64,000 bases of DNA from an uncultured delta proteobacterium (GTDB lineage: Bacteria > Myxococcota_A > Polyangia > Fen-1088): the NCBI GenBank assembly GCA_963796685.1, contig CAWCMR010000013.1, forward strand, positions 96,001-160,000, written 5' to 3'. The position numbers were made by a program, and so were the translations under genes. The first letter of the stretch is position 1. Every line of letters starts with the position of its first letter. The notes beneath the pieces are model-generated. The model did no database searches and was not told where the DNA came from. It saw nothing but the letters and a program-made list of their open reading frames with translations. Shown here one piece after another: positions 50,201 through 60,077 of the stretch.

Positions 50201-52511
50201 TTCCACTCGGCCCTGGACTGCGCGCCCAAGCAGGCGCGGGCGATTGCGGCTCTGCGCACCTTGGTCCTCGGCCCCGAGCCGCCGGTGGAGGCGCTCGACA
50301 TCCTCGAACCCTTGGCGGAAGAGCAAAACCAATTCACGGAGCTGGTGGCCCTGCTCGAAGCGCGTCTCACCATCGTGGACGATGCAGGCGACCAGGCGAG
50401 CCTGCTCGGGCGGATCGCCGAGATCTGCGAAGTCAGGTTGAACGATCTGCCCCGGGCGCTGGACTTCCTTGGTCGCGCCCTGGTGGCGGAGCCCGCCTCG
50501 CCCATGACGGTGGAACGCCTCGAACGCGTGGCCGAGCAGGCCGGCACGCCGGTGGAGGCCGCCAAGCGTATCGAGGCGGTCCTCGACGCCGTCGACCCGC
50601 TGCTCTTTGCCGACATGGCGTCCAGGGCCGCCCGATTGTATTTGCGCGGGGCCGAGGTTACGCCCGCCAGTGAGGACGCCGCCCTGCAACTCTACACGCG
50701 TATTCTCGAGGCCGAGCCCGAGAACACGACGGCCCTGGAAGCCCTGGACGCGCTTTACCGCCGACGCGGCGACAACCTGCGACTGGCCGAGATCATCGAG
50801 AGACGGGGCGCCGTGGAGCTCGAATCCCTCGCGTCGGTTGGCGCTTTACGCGGAGGCCGCCAGCTTGCACGAGGGCATCGGCAATCTCGCCGCCGCCATC
50901 GCGGCCTGGCGAGCGGGCCATGAGGGCGACGAAGCCAACCAGACCGCGATGGACGAGCTGTCCCGACTCTACGAAGCGGCAGGGGAGCGCGAGAACCAGG
51001 TCGAGATTCTGCGCGAGAAGGCAAGAATGCTCGACGACAACGGACAGCGTTGCGCGGTGCTCATGAAGGTGGCCTCGATCAAGTCCGGACCACTCGGCGA
51101 CGTAGAAGGTGCCGCTGAAGCCGTAAGAGACGCGCTCGATGCCGATCCCCAGGATTTGTCGGCCCTGGCGGCCCTGGTAGAGCTCGAAGAGCGGCGTGGG
51201 GACTTCGCGGCCTTGGAAGAGGCGCTCCTGCGCCAGTCCTCGGTGCTGGGTGGCCCCGAGCTGATTTCGGTTCTGGCGAAGCTGGCCCAAAACGCCGCCG
51301 AACGCTTGGCGGATTCGGATCGCGCGCTGGTGTATCTGCAGCAGATCCTGGCCGCGGATCCGGGGAATCGCGCTGCCTTCGACGAGACCGCGCGACTGCT
51401 CACCGCACTCGAGCGTTGGCACGAGCTCATCGAGCTGCTCGAACGCGGAGCCGATGCCGAGGCCCGGCAAGGCAACCGTGCCGCGGAGCTCGGTTATCGC
51501 GTGCAAGTGGCCGCCATCTGGGGCGAGAAGCTCGGCGCCGAGGACAGCGCCCTCGAGGCGTTGCAGGCGGTCCTGGCCAGCGATCCGGAGCATGTTCCTT
51601 CATTGATGGCGGTGGCGCGTATTCACGAGAACCGGGAGAATTGGCAAGAGGCGAGCCAGGCCCTGGAAAAGGCGGCCAAGGCAGCGTCGTCACCGCGGGA
51701 CAAGGCCGACGTGCTTTGCCGACGGGCGGCGATTCTGGCCGCGACCGGGGCCAAGCCCGAAGAGCTCGTGGCGATGTACCAGGCGGCCGTTTCCAACGAT
51801 CCGACGTGGCTGCCAGCCATCGCGGCCCTCGAGGCCCTGGCGCGCAAGACCACCAACCACGCGCTGCTGGTCGCGCAGCTCTTGGCCCGGCTCGAGCTGG
51901 AAAAGGACGAGGCCAAGCAGAAGACGATCCTGTCCGAAGTGGCTTCGCTGTACCTCGGCCCCCTCGGCAAGCCCGGCGAGGCCGTCGCGCCCATCGAGCG
52001 CCTGGCCAAGATGTCCCCGGGCGATCTCTCGGTGGAAGAGAGCCTGGGACGTGCCCTGATTGCCTCCGGTCGCGTGGACGAGGGCGAGTTCACCCTCGGT
52101 CAACTCGTCGAGAAGCTGGGCAAGGCCAGACGACAAAAGGACGTGGCCCGGCTGCAGTTCATGCTGGGCGGCTTCGCCGAGACGCGCGGGGATTGGGCGA
52201 CCGCCAAACAGCGCTACGTCGCGGCCTACCAGATCGACCCGACCCAGGCCGGGGTGCTCGGGGCACTGTCGCGCCTGTCGATTCGGCAACGCGACGGCGA
52301 ATCCGCCCGCCGCTACCTGCGCACGCTCTTGCTGCAGAGCTTCGACGAGAAGGCCGCAGGGATTACCAAGGCCGAGGTCTACCTTGCCCTGGGCAACCTG
52401 CACCGCGAAGCCGGCGAGAACCCGAAGGCACGCAACATGTTCGAGCGCGGCCTCGAAACCGATCCGAGGAGCGAAGCCCTGAAGCAAGCCCTGGCCTCGA
52501 CGCCGAAGTAG
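41274..52511 (+). CDS. Giant TPR protein (~3,740 aa), myxobacterial AgmK-like; three apparent frameshifts
   Basis: Continuous TPR-like repeats (AL.ALERLY...W..L) across ORFs 41022-41894, part of 41818, 41876-50923 and 50607-52511. Frames join by removing one base near each of 41880, 41959 and 50823. Confidence 0.85.
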
Positions 52512-52517
52512 GAAAGG

Positions 52518-52549
52518 AGAGGGCACAGAGGCGGAAGAGGGCACAGAGG
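52518..52549. repeat. CACAGAG-type direct repeat
   Basis: agagggcacagagg x2 (52518-52531, 52536-52549), just after the TPR gene stop. Confidence 0.7.
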
Positions 52550-52565
52550 TCGGAGGTGCAGGTTC

Positions 52566-53792
52566 CTACCCGGACGGCGTTGGCCGTGTAGCCACTGCCT
52601 CTATCCGCGCCAGCACGGCGCGGGCATTCATGGTTCGGGCGTAGACGTAGAGGGCGGCGGCGGTGTCGTCGGCGAGGACTTCTTCGCTCACGCGCAGGTG
52701 TTTGCCGACCGCGAAGACGATGGGCTGGGGCAAGCCGGCGGTGGCCATCTCGACGCGTTTCCAGACCGCGTCCCGGCTCCAGAAGCCGAGCACTTCCAGA
52801 TAGACCCGCTGGCCGGTTTCGCGATGGATGAATTCCAGGTCGGGCACGCACAGGCCGATGCCCGGCAGATCGAGAATGGCGTCGGCGGTCGATGCTTGCC
52901 AGGGCGATTCCTGGGCTTGCAGGTCGGCCAGCAGCCTTTGGACTTCATCGGGTAGCTCGGCGCGGGCGTCCACGGTTGAACCACCGGAATCACCGCGCGC
53001 GTGGTAGCGCAATGGCCGGCGGTCTTTGCCCCAGCGTAGCTCGGCGTTCACATCCCAGGTGTCGCAGGCCATGAGCACGGGCAGGGCCAGTGCGAGCTTG
53101 AGGCCGTATTTCGTCGTTTGCTCGAAGAGACTGAAGGGACCGTCGATATCGATGGCGTAGCCGGCCTCGCGTTCGAGCCTTTGCGTGGTGTAGAGCAGGC
53201 GGTGGAACTTGAGGGAGCGGAACAGCGTTCGGTAGCCGGTCGGCCTAGCACAGTGCACGCGCGCGTGCAGCCGCACGGCCCGCAAGAGCACGGCCTGGTG
53301 CTGCGCCAGATCGTAGACGGAAAGCAGCCCGTCCGGGGAGGGCAGGTCGGCCTTGCGCAAGATATGGGCGGTGGGCAGATCGGCGTAGAGCGCCTCTTCG
53401 ATGACCTCTGTCTCCAGGCCCCGGGCCTTCGCGATTTCCTCCACCAAATCGGCGCGCACGAAAGCGCCCGCGGCGCCCCGACGCACGCTGGCGGCCCGGC
53501 TGAAGATTTCGCGACGCAATTCGACCGGATCGACGGCGGTGCCTTCGTCGAATTCGCACCGGTCGAGGGCAAGCTTGAACAGGGCGCGGGCCAGGCGCAT
53601 CTCCGCCGGCTCGACCGCGATCTGGGCCCAGGCTTCGAGCAGAGCACCGCGTGGCAGTCCGACATGCGCGCGCACCACGGCGAGCGCGCTGGTGGCGAGC
53701 GCGCGGGCGCGCGGGCGCTCGGGGTCGGTCAACGCGACGACGTGCAGGCGATCGCCGCGCCTTCGGACATGGACGAGATCAGCGGTAAGCAA
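52566..53792 (-). CDS. DUF790 family (Bax1-like) endonuclease
   Basis: MLTADL start, ALYADL, YDLAQHQAVL, IDGPFSLF..TTKYG, nuclease motif VPDLEF...VYLEVLGFW. Confidence 0.9.
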   Translation of the reverse strand: MLTADLVHVRRRGDRLHVVALTDPERPRARALATSALAVVRAHVGLPRGALLEAWAQIAVEPAEMRLARALFKLALDRCEFDEGTAVDPVELRREIFSRAASVRRGAAGAFVRADLVEEIAKARGLETEVIEEALYADLPTAHILRKADLPSPDGLLSVYDLAQHQAVLLRAVRLHARVHCARPTGYRTLFRSLKFHRLLYTTQRLEREAGYAIDIDGPFSLFEQTTKYGLKLALALPVLMACDTWDVNAELRWGKDRRPLRYHARGDSGGSTVDARAELPDEVQRLLADLQAQESPWQASTADAILDLPGIGLCVPDLEFIHRETGQRVYLEVLGFWSRDAVWKRVEMATAGLPQPIVFAVGKHLRVSEEVLADDTAAALYVYARTMNARAVLARIEAVATRPTPSG

Positions 53793-55182
53793 CGTGGTCG
53801 CGCCGCCTCATGCTGGTCATGGATTCGCTGGTGCCTCCGGTAACGAGCTCGTAGAGCACGGCGCGTTTGCCTTCCCCTTTGCGCAGGATACGGCCGAGGC
53901 GCTGCACGTGCTCGCGCACCGAACCGCTGCCCGACATCACGATGGCCACGTTGGCCTCCGGGATATCGACGCCCTCGTTGAGCACCTTCGACGTGGCGAT
54001 GGCGGCATAGACGCCCTGGGAGAAGGCCTGCAAGATCGCACTGCGCTCGCTGACCCGGGTGTGGTGGGTGATGGCCGGAATGAGGAACCTGCGCGACAGG
54101 AGATAGACGGTGGCGTTGTCCTGGGTGAAGACGATGGTTCTGTCCTCGCGGTGCTGGTGCAATAGCCGCTCCACGTAATCGAGCTTGGCCGGTGCCGTGA
54201 AGGCGATTTCGCGCTGGCGGCGGTAGGCGGCGAAGGCTCGCTGTCCCTCGGGGGTGCGCGAAGAACGAATGATGAAATCGGAAAAGCCGCGCGGGCTGGC
54301 CATGGAAATGCCGTGGTCGGCGAGGAATTGGCGGTAGAGGGCGCGTTCCCGGTCGTATTCGGCACGCTCCGCGGCGGACAGATCGATGGCCACGCGCACG
54401 GTCTCGTAGCTCGACAGATATTCCCCCGCCAGCTCGACGATGTCCTTGCGGTACACGATGGGGCCCACGAGCTCGTCCAAGACGGGATCGCGGCCGTCGG
54501 TGCGTTCGGGCGTCGCGGTCAGACCCAGGCGAAAGGGCGCCAGGCAGAAGCGCGCGCCAAGGGCGTAGCTTTCGCCGGGCAGGTGATGGCACTCGTCGAA
54601 TACCACCAGACCGAATCGGCAGCCGAGGTGCTCCATGTGCAGGTACGCCGAATCGTAGGTCGTGACCGTGAGCGCCTGCACGTCGTAGTCGCCGCCGCCG
54701 ACGATGCCGATCTTCGACGCGAAGGTGGCGCGCAGCCCGTCATGCCACTGGCGAACCAGATCCAGGGTCGGCGTGACGACGAGGGTGCTACGCTGACGGT
54801 CGTCGATGGCCATGTGCGCGACAAGGGTTTTGCCCGCCCCGGTCGGCAGGACCACGACGCCCCGAAAGCCGGCGGCCTTCCAGGCCGACAGCGCGCCGGT
54901 TTGATAGGGGCGCGGTTCGCGATGCACGAGCGCGGGTGTGGCAAGGGTCTCGTAGCGTCGAGCCTCATCGCGGTACGGGACCTTCATCGTCCGCAAGGCG
55001 CGTACGATCTCCGCGTAACGGCAGGCCGGCGCACGCAGACAAGCGCTGCGCTCGTCCCACGCGCAATCTCTTGCCAGTCCGGCCGCCTGCGCAGGCAGGC
55101 CGGCAATCTCGACCGTGCCGGCCACGAAACGCAAGGATACCCCCGAGCTTGGGGTCTGCGCTGAACTATCCGTGGCCGTCAC
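53779..55182 (-). CDS. XPB/Rad25-like SF2 DNA helicase
   Basis: WDERS N-domain, PRPYQ, VVLPTGAGKT, DECHHL, GLTATPER, LNEGVDIP, QRLGRILR, LYELV. Confidence 0.92.
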   Translation of the reverse strand: MTATDSSAQTPSSGVSLRFVAGTVEIAGLPAQAAGLARDCAWDERSACLRAPACRYAEIVRALRTMKVPYRDEARRYETLATPALVHREPRPYQTGALSAWKAAGFRGVVVLPTGAGKTLVAHMAIDDRQRSTLVVTPTLDLVRQWHDGLRATFASKIGIVGGGDYDVQALTVTTYDSAYLHMEHLGCRFGLVVFDECHHLPGESYALGARFCLAPFRLGLTATPERTDGRDPVLDELVGPIVYRKDIVELAGEYLSSYETVRVAIDLSAAERAEYDRERALYRQFLADHGISMASPRGFSDFIIRSSRTPEGQRAFAAYRRQREIAFTAPAKLDYVERLLHQHREDRTIVFTQDNATVYLLSRRFLIPAITHHTRVSERSAILQAFSQGVYAAIATSKVLNEGVDIPEANVAIVMSGSGSVREHVQRLGRILRKGEGKRAVLYELVTGGTSESMTSMRRRDHVAYR

Positions 55183-55221
55183 GCGCGCGAGTCTGTCACA
55201 GCCCGGCGCTTTCGTGCGCCC

Positions 55222-55256
55222 AAGTTGGGTAGGTCGCGAAGTTGGGTAGGGTCGCG
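55222..55256. repeat. Tandem 17/18-bp direct repeat upstream of the XPB-like gene
   Basis: aagttgggtaggtcgcg followed by aagttgggtagggtcgcg. Confidence 0.6.
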
Positions 55257-55263
55257 CTCGGAG

Positions 55264-55833
55264 CTACGGATTGGCCGTGATGTCTGCCTTGCCTACGATG
55301 GTGATGAGGTCATCCACGGGGATGAACAGCAGGCTCGGCCTTTCGATCTTGTGCGCGGTCAGGCTCTCGGGGAACTCGAAGCTGACGTGGAAATGCGTGC
55401 CGTCGTTGGTCTGCAGGGTGATGTCGATGGGATGGCTTACCGCCACGCCGTGCAGCTCGACGGACGCCTGAACCGCGATCTTGGTGGTGCCGTGGGTCGG
55501 CAGCTTGAAACCGGGCAGGGCCGCACGCACCGACACCCACGGGTACTTCTCGCCATCGACGGTTTCCATCATATGGGCGTCGCGGTTGGCGTTGTCACTG
55601 TCGAAGGTCCCCACCTGGGCGCGCGCCATGACCTTGAGCCCGGAGGCATCCACGGTTCCGCGCACCTCCATCGCCTTGCTGACCCCCGCGATCTTGTGAA
55701 ATTTGTGCACCATGTGGTACTCGACCGTTCCCATCCCGGACAGATGAACGGTCTGCGCGTAGCCGACGCCGGAGCCGGCAAGGAAGGCCGCAGCCAGTGC
55801 CACGAACGGGATGATGATGCGCCTGTAAATCAT
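55264..55833 (-). CDS. YceI family lipid/polyisoprenoid-binding protein
   Basis: SD AAAGGA; signal MIYRRIIIPFVALAAAFLAG; FDSDNANRDAHM, EKYP, ELHGV, KIERPS. Confidence 0.88.
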   Translation of the reverse strand: MIYRRIIIPFVALAAAFLAGSGVGYAQTVHLSGMGTVEYHMVHKFHKIAGVSKAMEVRGTVDASGLKVMARAQVGTFDSDNANRDAHMMETVDGEKYPWVSVRAALPGFKLPTHGTTKIAVQASVELHGVAVSHPIDITLQTNDGTHFHVSFEFPESLTAHKIERPSLLFIPVDDLITIVGKADITANP

Positions 55834-56067
55834 GGGTCGGTATCCTTTCGTCGCGTTTCGGAGGTTCGTGTACGGACTCGCTTCTGTGCCGCCGCCCATG
55901 CTTCCCTTGGAACTCAGTACCCCGCGCTCGGTCGGATCAGGCAGGACGTGCGCTAGGGCGATTCGCATGACCAGAATAAGATGTCCAAGCGTGCCTCGAC
56001 GTTTCATGCGAGCTTCGCCTTCGACGTTCAAGTTCTCGATTTTGGAGCGCATATTCCGCATTTGTCC

Positions 56068-57552
56068 ATGAAGCGTCCCGTCCAGGTTTTCGCCTTCGCC
56101 CTGTTGGTCTTCGCGGTGGCGTGGAATTTTGCGGTGGCAACGACTTTTCTGGGCGACGACTATCTCTTTCGCGCTTTCGCTCGCCTGGAGGTCAACCCTT
56201 TGCTTGCCTTCGTCGCCGACAAGCACGGGGGCGAATACTACCGGCCGCTACCCATGCTCCTGTGGTGGCTGCTCGAACGGGCTTCGGGCGGACGGGCTTG
56301 GGTATTCGCGCTCGCCGCATTTCTGCAACACGCCTCGTGCGCCCTGCTGGTGGTTTTGGTGGGGCGCAGGATCGGGCTCACTGCCAAAGGCGCACCACTG
56401 GCTGGCTGTCTGTTCTTCGTTGCGCCCGCCGAACGCGAGGCTGCCCTGTGGTTCTCGGCCAGCACCGATCTTCTCGCGACCATGGCGATGCTGGGGACAC
56501 TCGTGTGCTTTCTTTCGCCTCGACCCTGGTTGCGCCGGCTTTCGATCGCGGCGGCGGCGGCGGCTTTTCTCTGCAAGGAAAGCGCGCTGGTATTGCCCGC
56601 GTTGCTCGCCGGAGCCTGCTGGTTCACTGCACGGCGCCACGGTCGTCCGCACTCCGTTGCGCGATGCCTGAGGTCGGTCTTGCCCCACGGGGTGGTGGCT
56701 GCCTTGTTTCTCGTTGCGCGCACGCTGGTCTTGCACGGGGTCGGCGGGACCAACGATCCGCTGGCGCCGGGGTGGGGCCGAGCGGTGCAACTTGCCGCGG
56801 GTTTGCTTCATGCAACGACGGGCTACGCTCCCTTGCCGGAATGGGTGGCCTTGCTGGCGGGAGCGTGTCTGCTGGCTTGGGCCACGGTGGTAGCGTTGCG
56901 CCAGAGAGCCTTGGCCGGGTTCGCGCTGTTGTGGGTCGTGATTGCGCTTGCGCCCTTGCCCGCGGCAGGCTGGGTCGTGGGTGCAAGGTATTTCTACGCT
57001 GCGGCGGTCGGGCTCATGCTGCTCCTCGCCCTGGCGCTGGAGAAGGCCGGCGGCCTTGCCTCGGCCTTCGCGATCGTCCTGTTCCTCGGCCTCGGCGCTC
57101 TGTCGGGTCAGCAACGGGCCACCGAGATCACGCTCTATCGGCGGGCCGTCGCGGCTGCCAGCACCGGGGTCGCCGAAGGCGTTTTGCGCGGGCAGCGAAT
57201 CTTCTTGGTGACCGGCGGCGTGAAGGATTTGGACCTCGCCATCAAGCTGGATCGCGATGCCCCGGCCGCCGTTCGCAGCGCCGTGGTGATTCCGGACGTG
57301 CCCGCGTCCTTCCTATGGTTGCCTCCCGAGCTGGCCGGTCGCCTCGACTTCCTGCTCGCGCGGCCGCCGTTGCCGCCCTCCGGAGCCTACCGTTTCGGCA
57401 GCGCCAGGCTGGTAGGGCTGGCGCGTCGGGAGGACGCCCCCGACCTCGACGAGGTGCTGACTCGTCTCCCCGAGCTCAGAATGCTGCGCCTTGTCTACAA
57501 GGGCAGGGAAGTTTCCGTCGAGGATCGGACCGAGCAGTACAGGCGCGAGTAG
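56068..57552 (+). CDS. Multi-TM protein, GT-C/PMT-like glycosyltransferase
   Basis: FLGDDY after TM1, YYRPL, EAALW, CKESA, ARYFY motifs; many TM segments. Confidence 0.7.
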   Translation: MKRPVQVFAFALLVFAVAWNFAVATTFLGDDYLFRAFARLEVNPLLAFVADKHGGEYYRPLPMLLWWLLERASGGRAWVFALAAFLQHASCALLVVLVGRRIGLTAKGAPLAGCLFFVAPAEREAALWFSASTDLLATMAMLGTLVCFLSPRPWLRRLSIAAAAAAFLCKESALVLPALLAGACWFTARRHGRPHSVARCLRSVLPHGVVAALFLVARTLVLHGVGGTNDPLAPGWGRAVQLAAGLLHATTGYAPLPEWVALLAGACLLAWATVVALRQRALAGFALLWVVIALAPLPAAGWVVGARYFYAAAVGLMLLLALALEKAGGLASAFAIVLFLGLGALSGQQRATEITLYRRAVAAASTGVAEGVLRGQRIFLVTGGVKDLDLAIKLDRDAPAAVRSAVVIPDVPASFLWLPPELAGRLDFLLARPPLPPSGAYRFGSARLVGLARREDAPDLDEVLTRLPELRMLRLVYKGREVSVEDRTEQYRRE

Positions 57553-57607
57553 TTTGCGTGCTTCTCGACCGCCAAGGCATCGCGTACCATGAAGCACGGC
57601 GGTCACC

Positions 57608-58489
57608 ATGGCAAAATCCCAGGCAACCCATCTCGAGCTGATCAAGTCGGCGGTCGCGCTCGCGTCCAAGCGGACGTTCGACCATTTGCTGTACGTCGGA
57701 GATCTCCTCCTGCCCGAAGACGTCTTTCGCGGCAAGTCGGGGGCGCGCAAGAAGCTGGTGCAGGCCGTGGTCAGCGAAGCCCAGCGTGCCGTGGTCGAGG
57801 CTTCGGGCGTGCGGGTCATCCCCCTGCCCCAGTACGATCTCGGGCGTGCGGAAAAGTTGAAGCTTGCCCTGGTCAGCGGCATCGCCCGCGGCATCTACGC
57901 CGAGGGCGACGTCGTGGTGGCGTTGCTTTCGGCGCGCCCGGTGGGCAAACCAGACTCGATTCTGGTGGTGAACGTCGGTCCGGATGATCAGGATGTGGGC
58001 TTCGGCTTTTTGCGCAGCGAGGGGGTATCGCCCGAGATTCTCGAAGCCCTCATCGACCTGGCGGTAACCATCGGCGTCGAGGGCTGGGAAGGCCGGCCCG
58101 TGGGCTCGCTGTTCGTCATCGGCGACTCGAACAAGGTCATGGAGCAGTCGCGGCCCCTCAGCCTGAATCCGTTCCAGGGTTATTCCGAGGACGAGCGCAA
58201 CATGCTGAATCCCGAGGTCAAGCGGGCGCTGCGCGCCTTCGCGGTGCTGGATGGAGCCTTCGTCTTGCGCGAGGACGGCGTGGTCCTGGCCGCCGGGCGC
58301 TATCTCAATTTCGAAGAGAAAGAGGTGCGCATCCCGCTCGGCCTCGGCTCGCGCCACATGGCCGCCGCCGGAATCACCCACGAGACGGATGCCATCGCCG
58401 TGGTCATTTCCCAGACCTCCGGTACCGTCCGCGTCTTTCGCCACGGCCGGGCCGTGCTCGAGCTGGCGTCGCGCGTGCGTCGCTCGTAA
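57608..58489 (+). CDS. Diadenylate cyclase (DisA_N/DAC domain), DacZ-like architecture
   Basis: EGWEGRPVGSLFVIGD, NPFQG, LDGAFV, GLGSRHMAAAGIT, ISQTSG.VRVF; soluble N-terminal domains. Confidence 0.88.
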   Translation: MAKSQATHLELIKSAVALASKRTFDHLLYVGDLLLPEDVFRGKSGARKKLVQAVVSEAQRAVVEASGVRVIPLPQYDLGRAEKLKLALVSGIARGIYAEGDVVVALLSARPVGKPDSILVVNVGPDDQDVGFGFLRSEGVSPEILEALIDLAVTIGVEGWEGRPVGSLFVIGDSNKVMEQSRPLSLNPFQGYSEDERNMLNPEVKRALRAFAVLDGAFVLREDGVVLAAGRYLNFEEKEVRIPLGLGSRHMAAAGITHETDAIAVVISQTSGTVRVFRHGRAVLELASRVRRS

Positions 58490-58547
58490 ACCAGGACCTT
58501 CAAGTAGCCCTCGGGGGCTCCGCGGCATCCAATGCCCCGGAGGAACC

Positions 58548-60077
58548 ATGCTTGAAACACCACCCCTCAAAGGTCCGGACCTCGCCCAGGGCATGGAGCT
58601 CGACGCGCTTTCGGACGGCGTTGCGGTCGAAGGGCACTTCCACGGCGAGCCGGTATTGCTGGTGCGTCGTGGTGACGAAATCTTCGCCGTGGCCGCTCGC
58701 TGTTCTCACTATGGGGCGCCACTCGAGGATGGTCTGGTGGTCGGGGAGAGCGTGCGCTGCCCGTGGCACCACGCGTGCTTCTCGCTCCGTAGCGGGGAGG
58801 CGCTACGCCCGCCGGCACTGAATGCCTTGGATTGCTACACGGTCGAGCGCGTGGCGAACCGTGTCCGCATTGTCGGGAAGCGCGGGTTCAGGCTGGTTCG
58901 CACGCCCGTTTCGGCGCCGTCTTCCATCGTCATCGTCGGAACCGGCGCCGCAGGCAGCGCGGCCGCCGAGACGCTGCGCCGCGAGGGATACCGCGGAACC
59001 ATCACCTTGCTCGGTGCCGACGCCGAAGCTCCCTACGACCGGCCCAATCTGTCCAAGGACTACCTCGCCGGAACCGCGCCCGAAGAATGGATCCCGCTCA
59101 GGTCCCGCGATTACTACCAGGAACAGGGCATCGTCCTGCGCACGGGTACGCGCGTGGCGAGCATCGACGTCAAGGCGCGGACGGTCGTGCTCGAAGGAGC
59201 CGAGGCGATTCCCTTCGGTGCCCTTCTGCTGGCGACCGGCGCTCGGCCGCGTCGCCTGGACATTGTCGGCGCCGAGCTTCCCCACGTCCTGACCTTGCGC
59301 AGCCTGGCCGACAGCCGCGCCCTGATCGAACGAGCCAAGGCCGCCAGCCGCGCGGTCGTCATCGGCGCCGGCTTCATTGGTCTGGAGGTCGCCGCTTCCC
59401 TGCGTACCCGGGGCATCGAGGTCCACCTCGTGGCGCCGGATGCCCGGCCGCTCGAACGCGTTCTCGGTGCCGAGCTCGCGGACATGATCCGGGATATTCA
59501 CGAATCCCATGGCGTGGTCTTTCACCTGGGCACCCAACCCACGGCTATTCGCGAGGGGCACGTCGTGCTGGCGACCGGCGAATCCCTGGCCGCCGATCTG
59601 GTCGTGGTGGGGGTGGGGGTCACGCCGGAGACGGAGCTGGCGGCGCGGGCGGGCCTGACTGTGGATCGCGGTGTGAACGTGAACGCCTATCTCCAGACCA
59701 GCGACCCCGGAATCTTTGCCGCGGGCGACCTCGCCCGCTGGCCCGATCCGCACACCGGCGCCCTCATTCGTGTCGAGCACTGGACCGTGGCCCAGCGCCA
59801 AGGCCAGACCGCTGCACGCAACATGCTGGGGGCGCGCGAGCCCTTCGACGCCGTGCCATTCTTCTGGAGCGCCCATTTCGACGTCACGGTTTCCTATGTC
59901 GGCCACGCCGAATCTTGGGACCGCATCGCGATCGACGGAGACGTCAAAGCCCACGACTGCCGCGTGGAGTATTGGCGGGGGACAAAGCGACTTGCCGTCG
60001 CGACGGTCAACCGCGACCGCGCCAGCCTGCAGGCGGAGGTCGAGCTGGAGACGGCGGAGCGACGACCGCGGTCCTAG
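58548..60077 (+). CDS. Rieske [2Fe-2S] ferredoxin fused to an FAD/NAD-dependent reductase
   Basis: CSHYG...RCPWHHACF; GTGAAG, YDRPNLSK, GAGFIGLE, FAAGD, VPFFWS. Confidence 0.93.
   Translation: MLETPPLKGPDLAQGMELDALSDGVAVEGHFHGEPVLLVRRGDEIFAVAARCSHYGAPLEDGLVVGESVRCPWHHACFSLRSGEALRPPALNALDCYTVERVANRVRIVGKRGFRLVRTPVSAPSSIVIVGTGAAGSAAAETLRREGYRGTITLLGADAEAPYDRPNLSKDYLAGTAPEEWIPLRSRDYYQEQGIVLRTGTRVASIDVKARTVVLEGAEAIPFGALLLATGARPRRLDIVGAELPHVLTLRSLADSRALIERAKAASRAVVIGAGFIGLEVAASLRTRGIEVHLVAPDARPLERVLGAELADMIRDIHESHGVVFHLGTQPTAIREGHVVLATGESLAADLVVVGVGVTPETELAARAGLTVDRGVNVNAYLQTSDPGIFAAGDLARWPDPHTGALIRVEHWTVAQRQGQTAARNMLGAREPFDAVPFFWSAHFDVTVSYVGHAESWDRIAIDGDVKAHDCRVEYWRGTKRLAVATVNRDRASLQAEVELETAERRPRS

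Noticed and set aside
43736-50689. Long antisense ORFs (645, 687 and 970 aa) opposite the TPR gene, and similar ones opposite RND, guaA, cstA and hisS
   Set aside because: These are typical stop-poor shadow frames of high-GC coding DNA, with no motifs or start signals.
25900-50830. Programmed ribosomal frameshifting or pseudogenisation at the split genes
   Set aside because: There are no slippery heptamers, the frames are otherwise intact, and the same defect occurs in essential hisS. Sequencing error is the simpler explanation.
55834-56067. Riboswitch or ncRNA in the yceI/GT-C intergenic region
   Set aside because: I recognised no conserved aptamer motif; an Rfam search would be needed.
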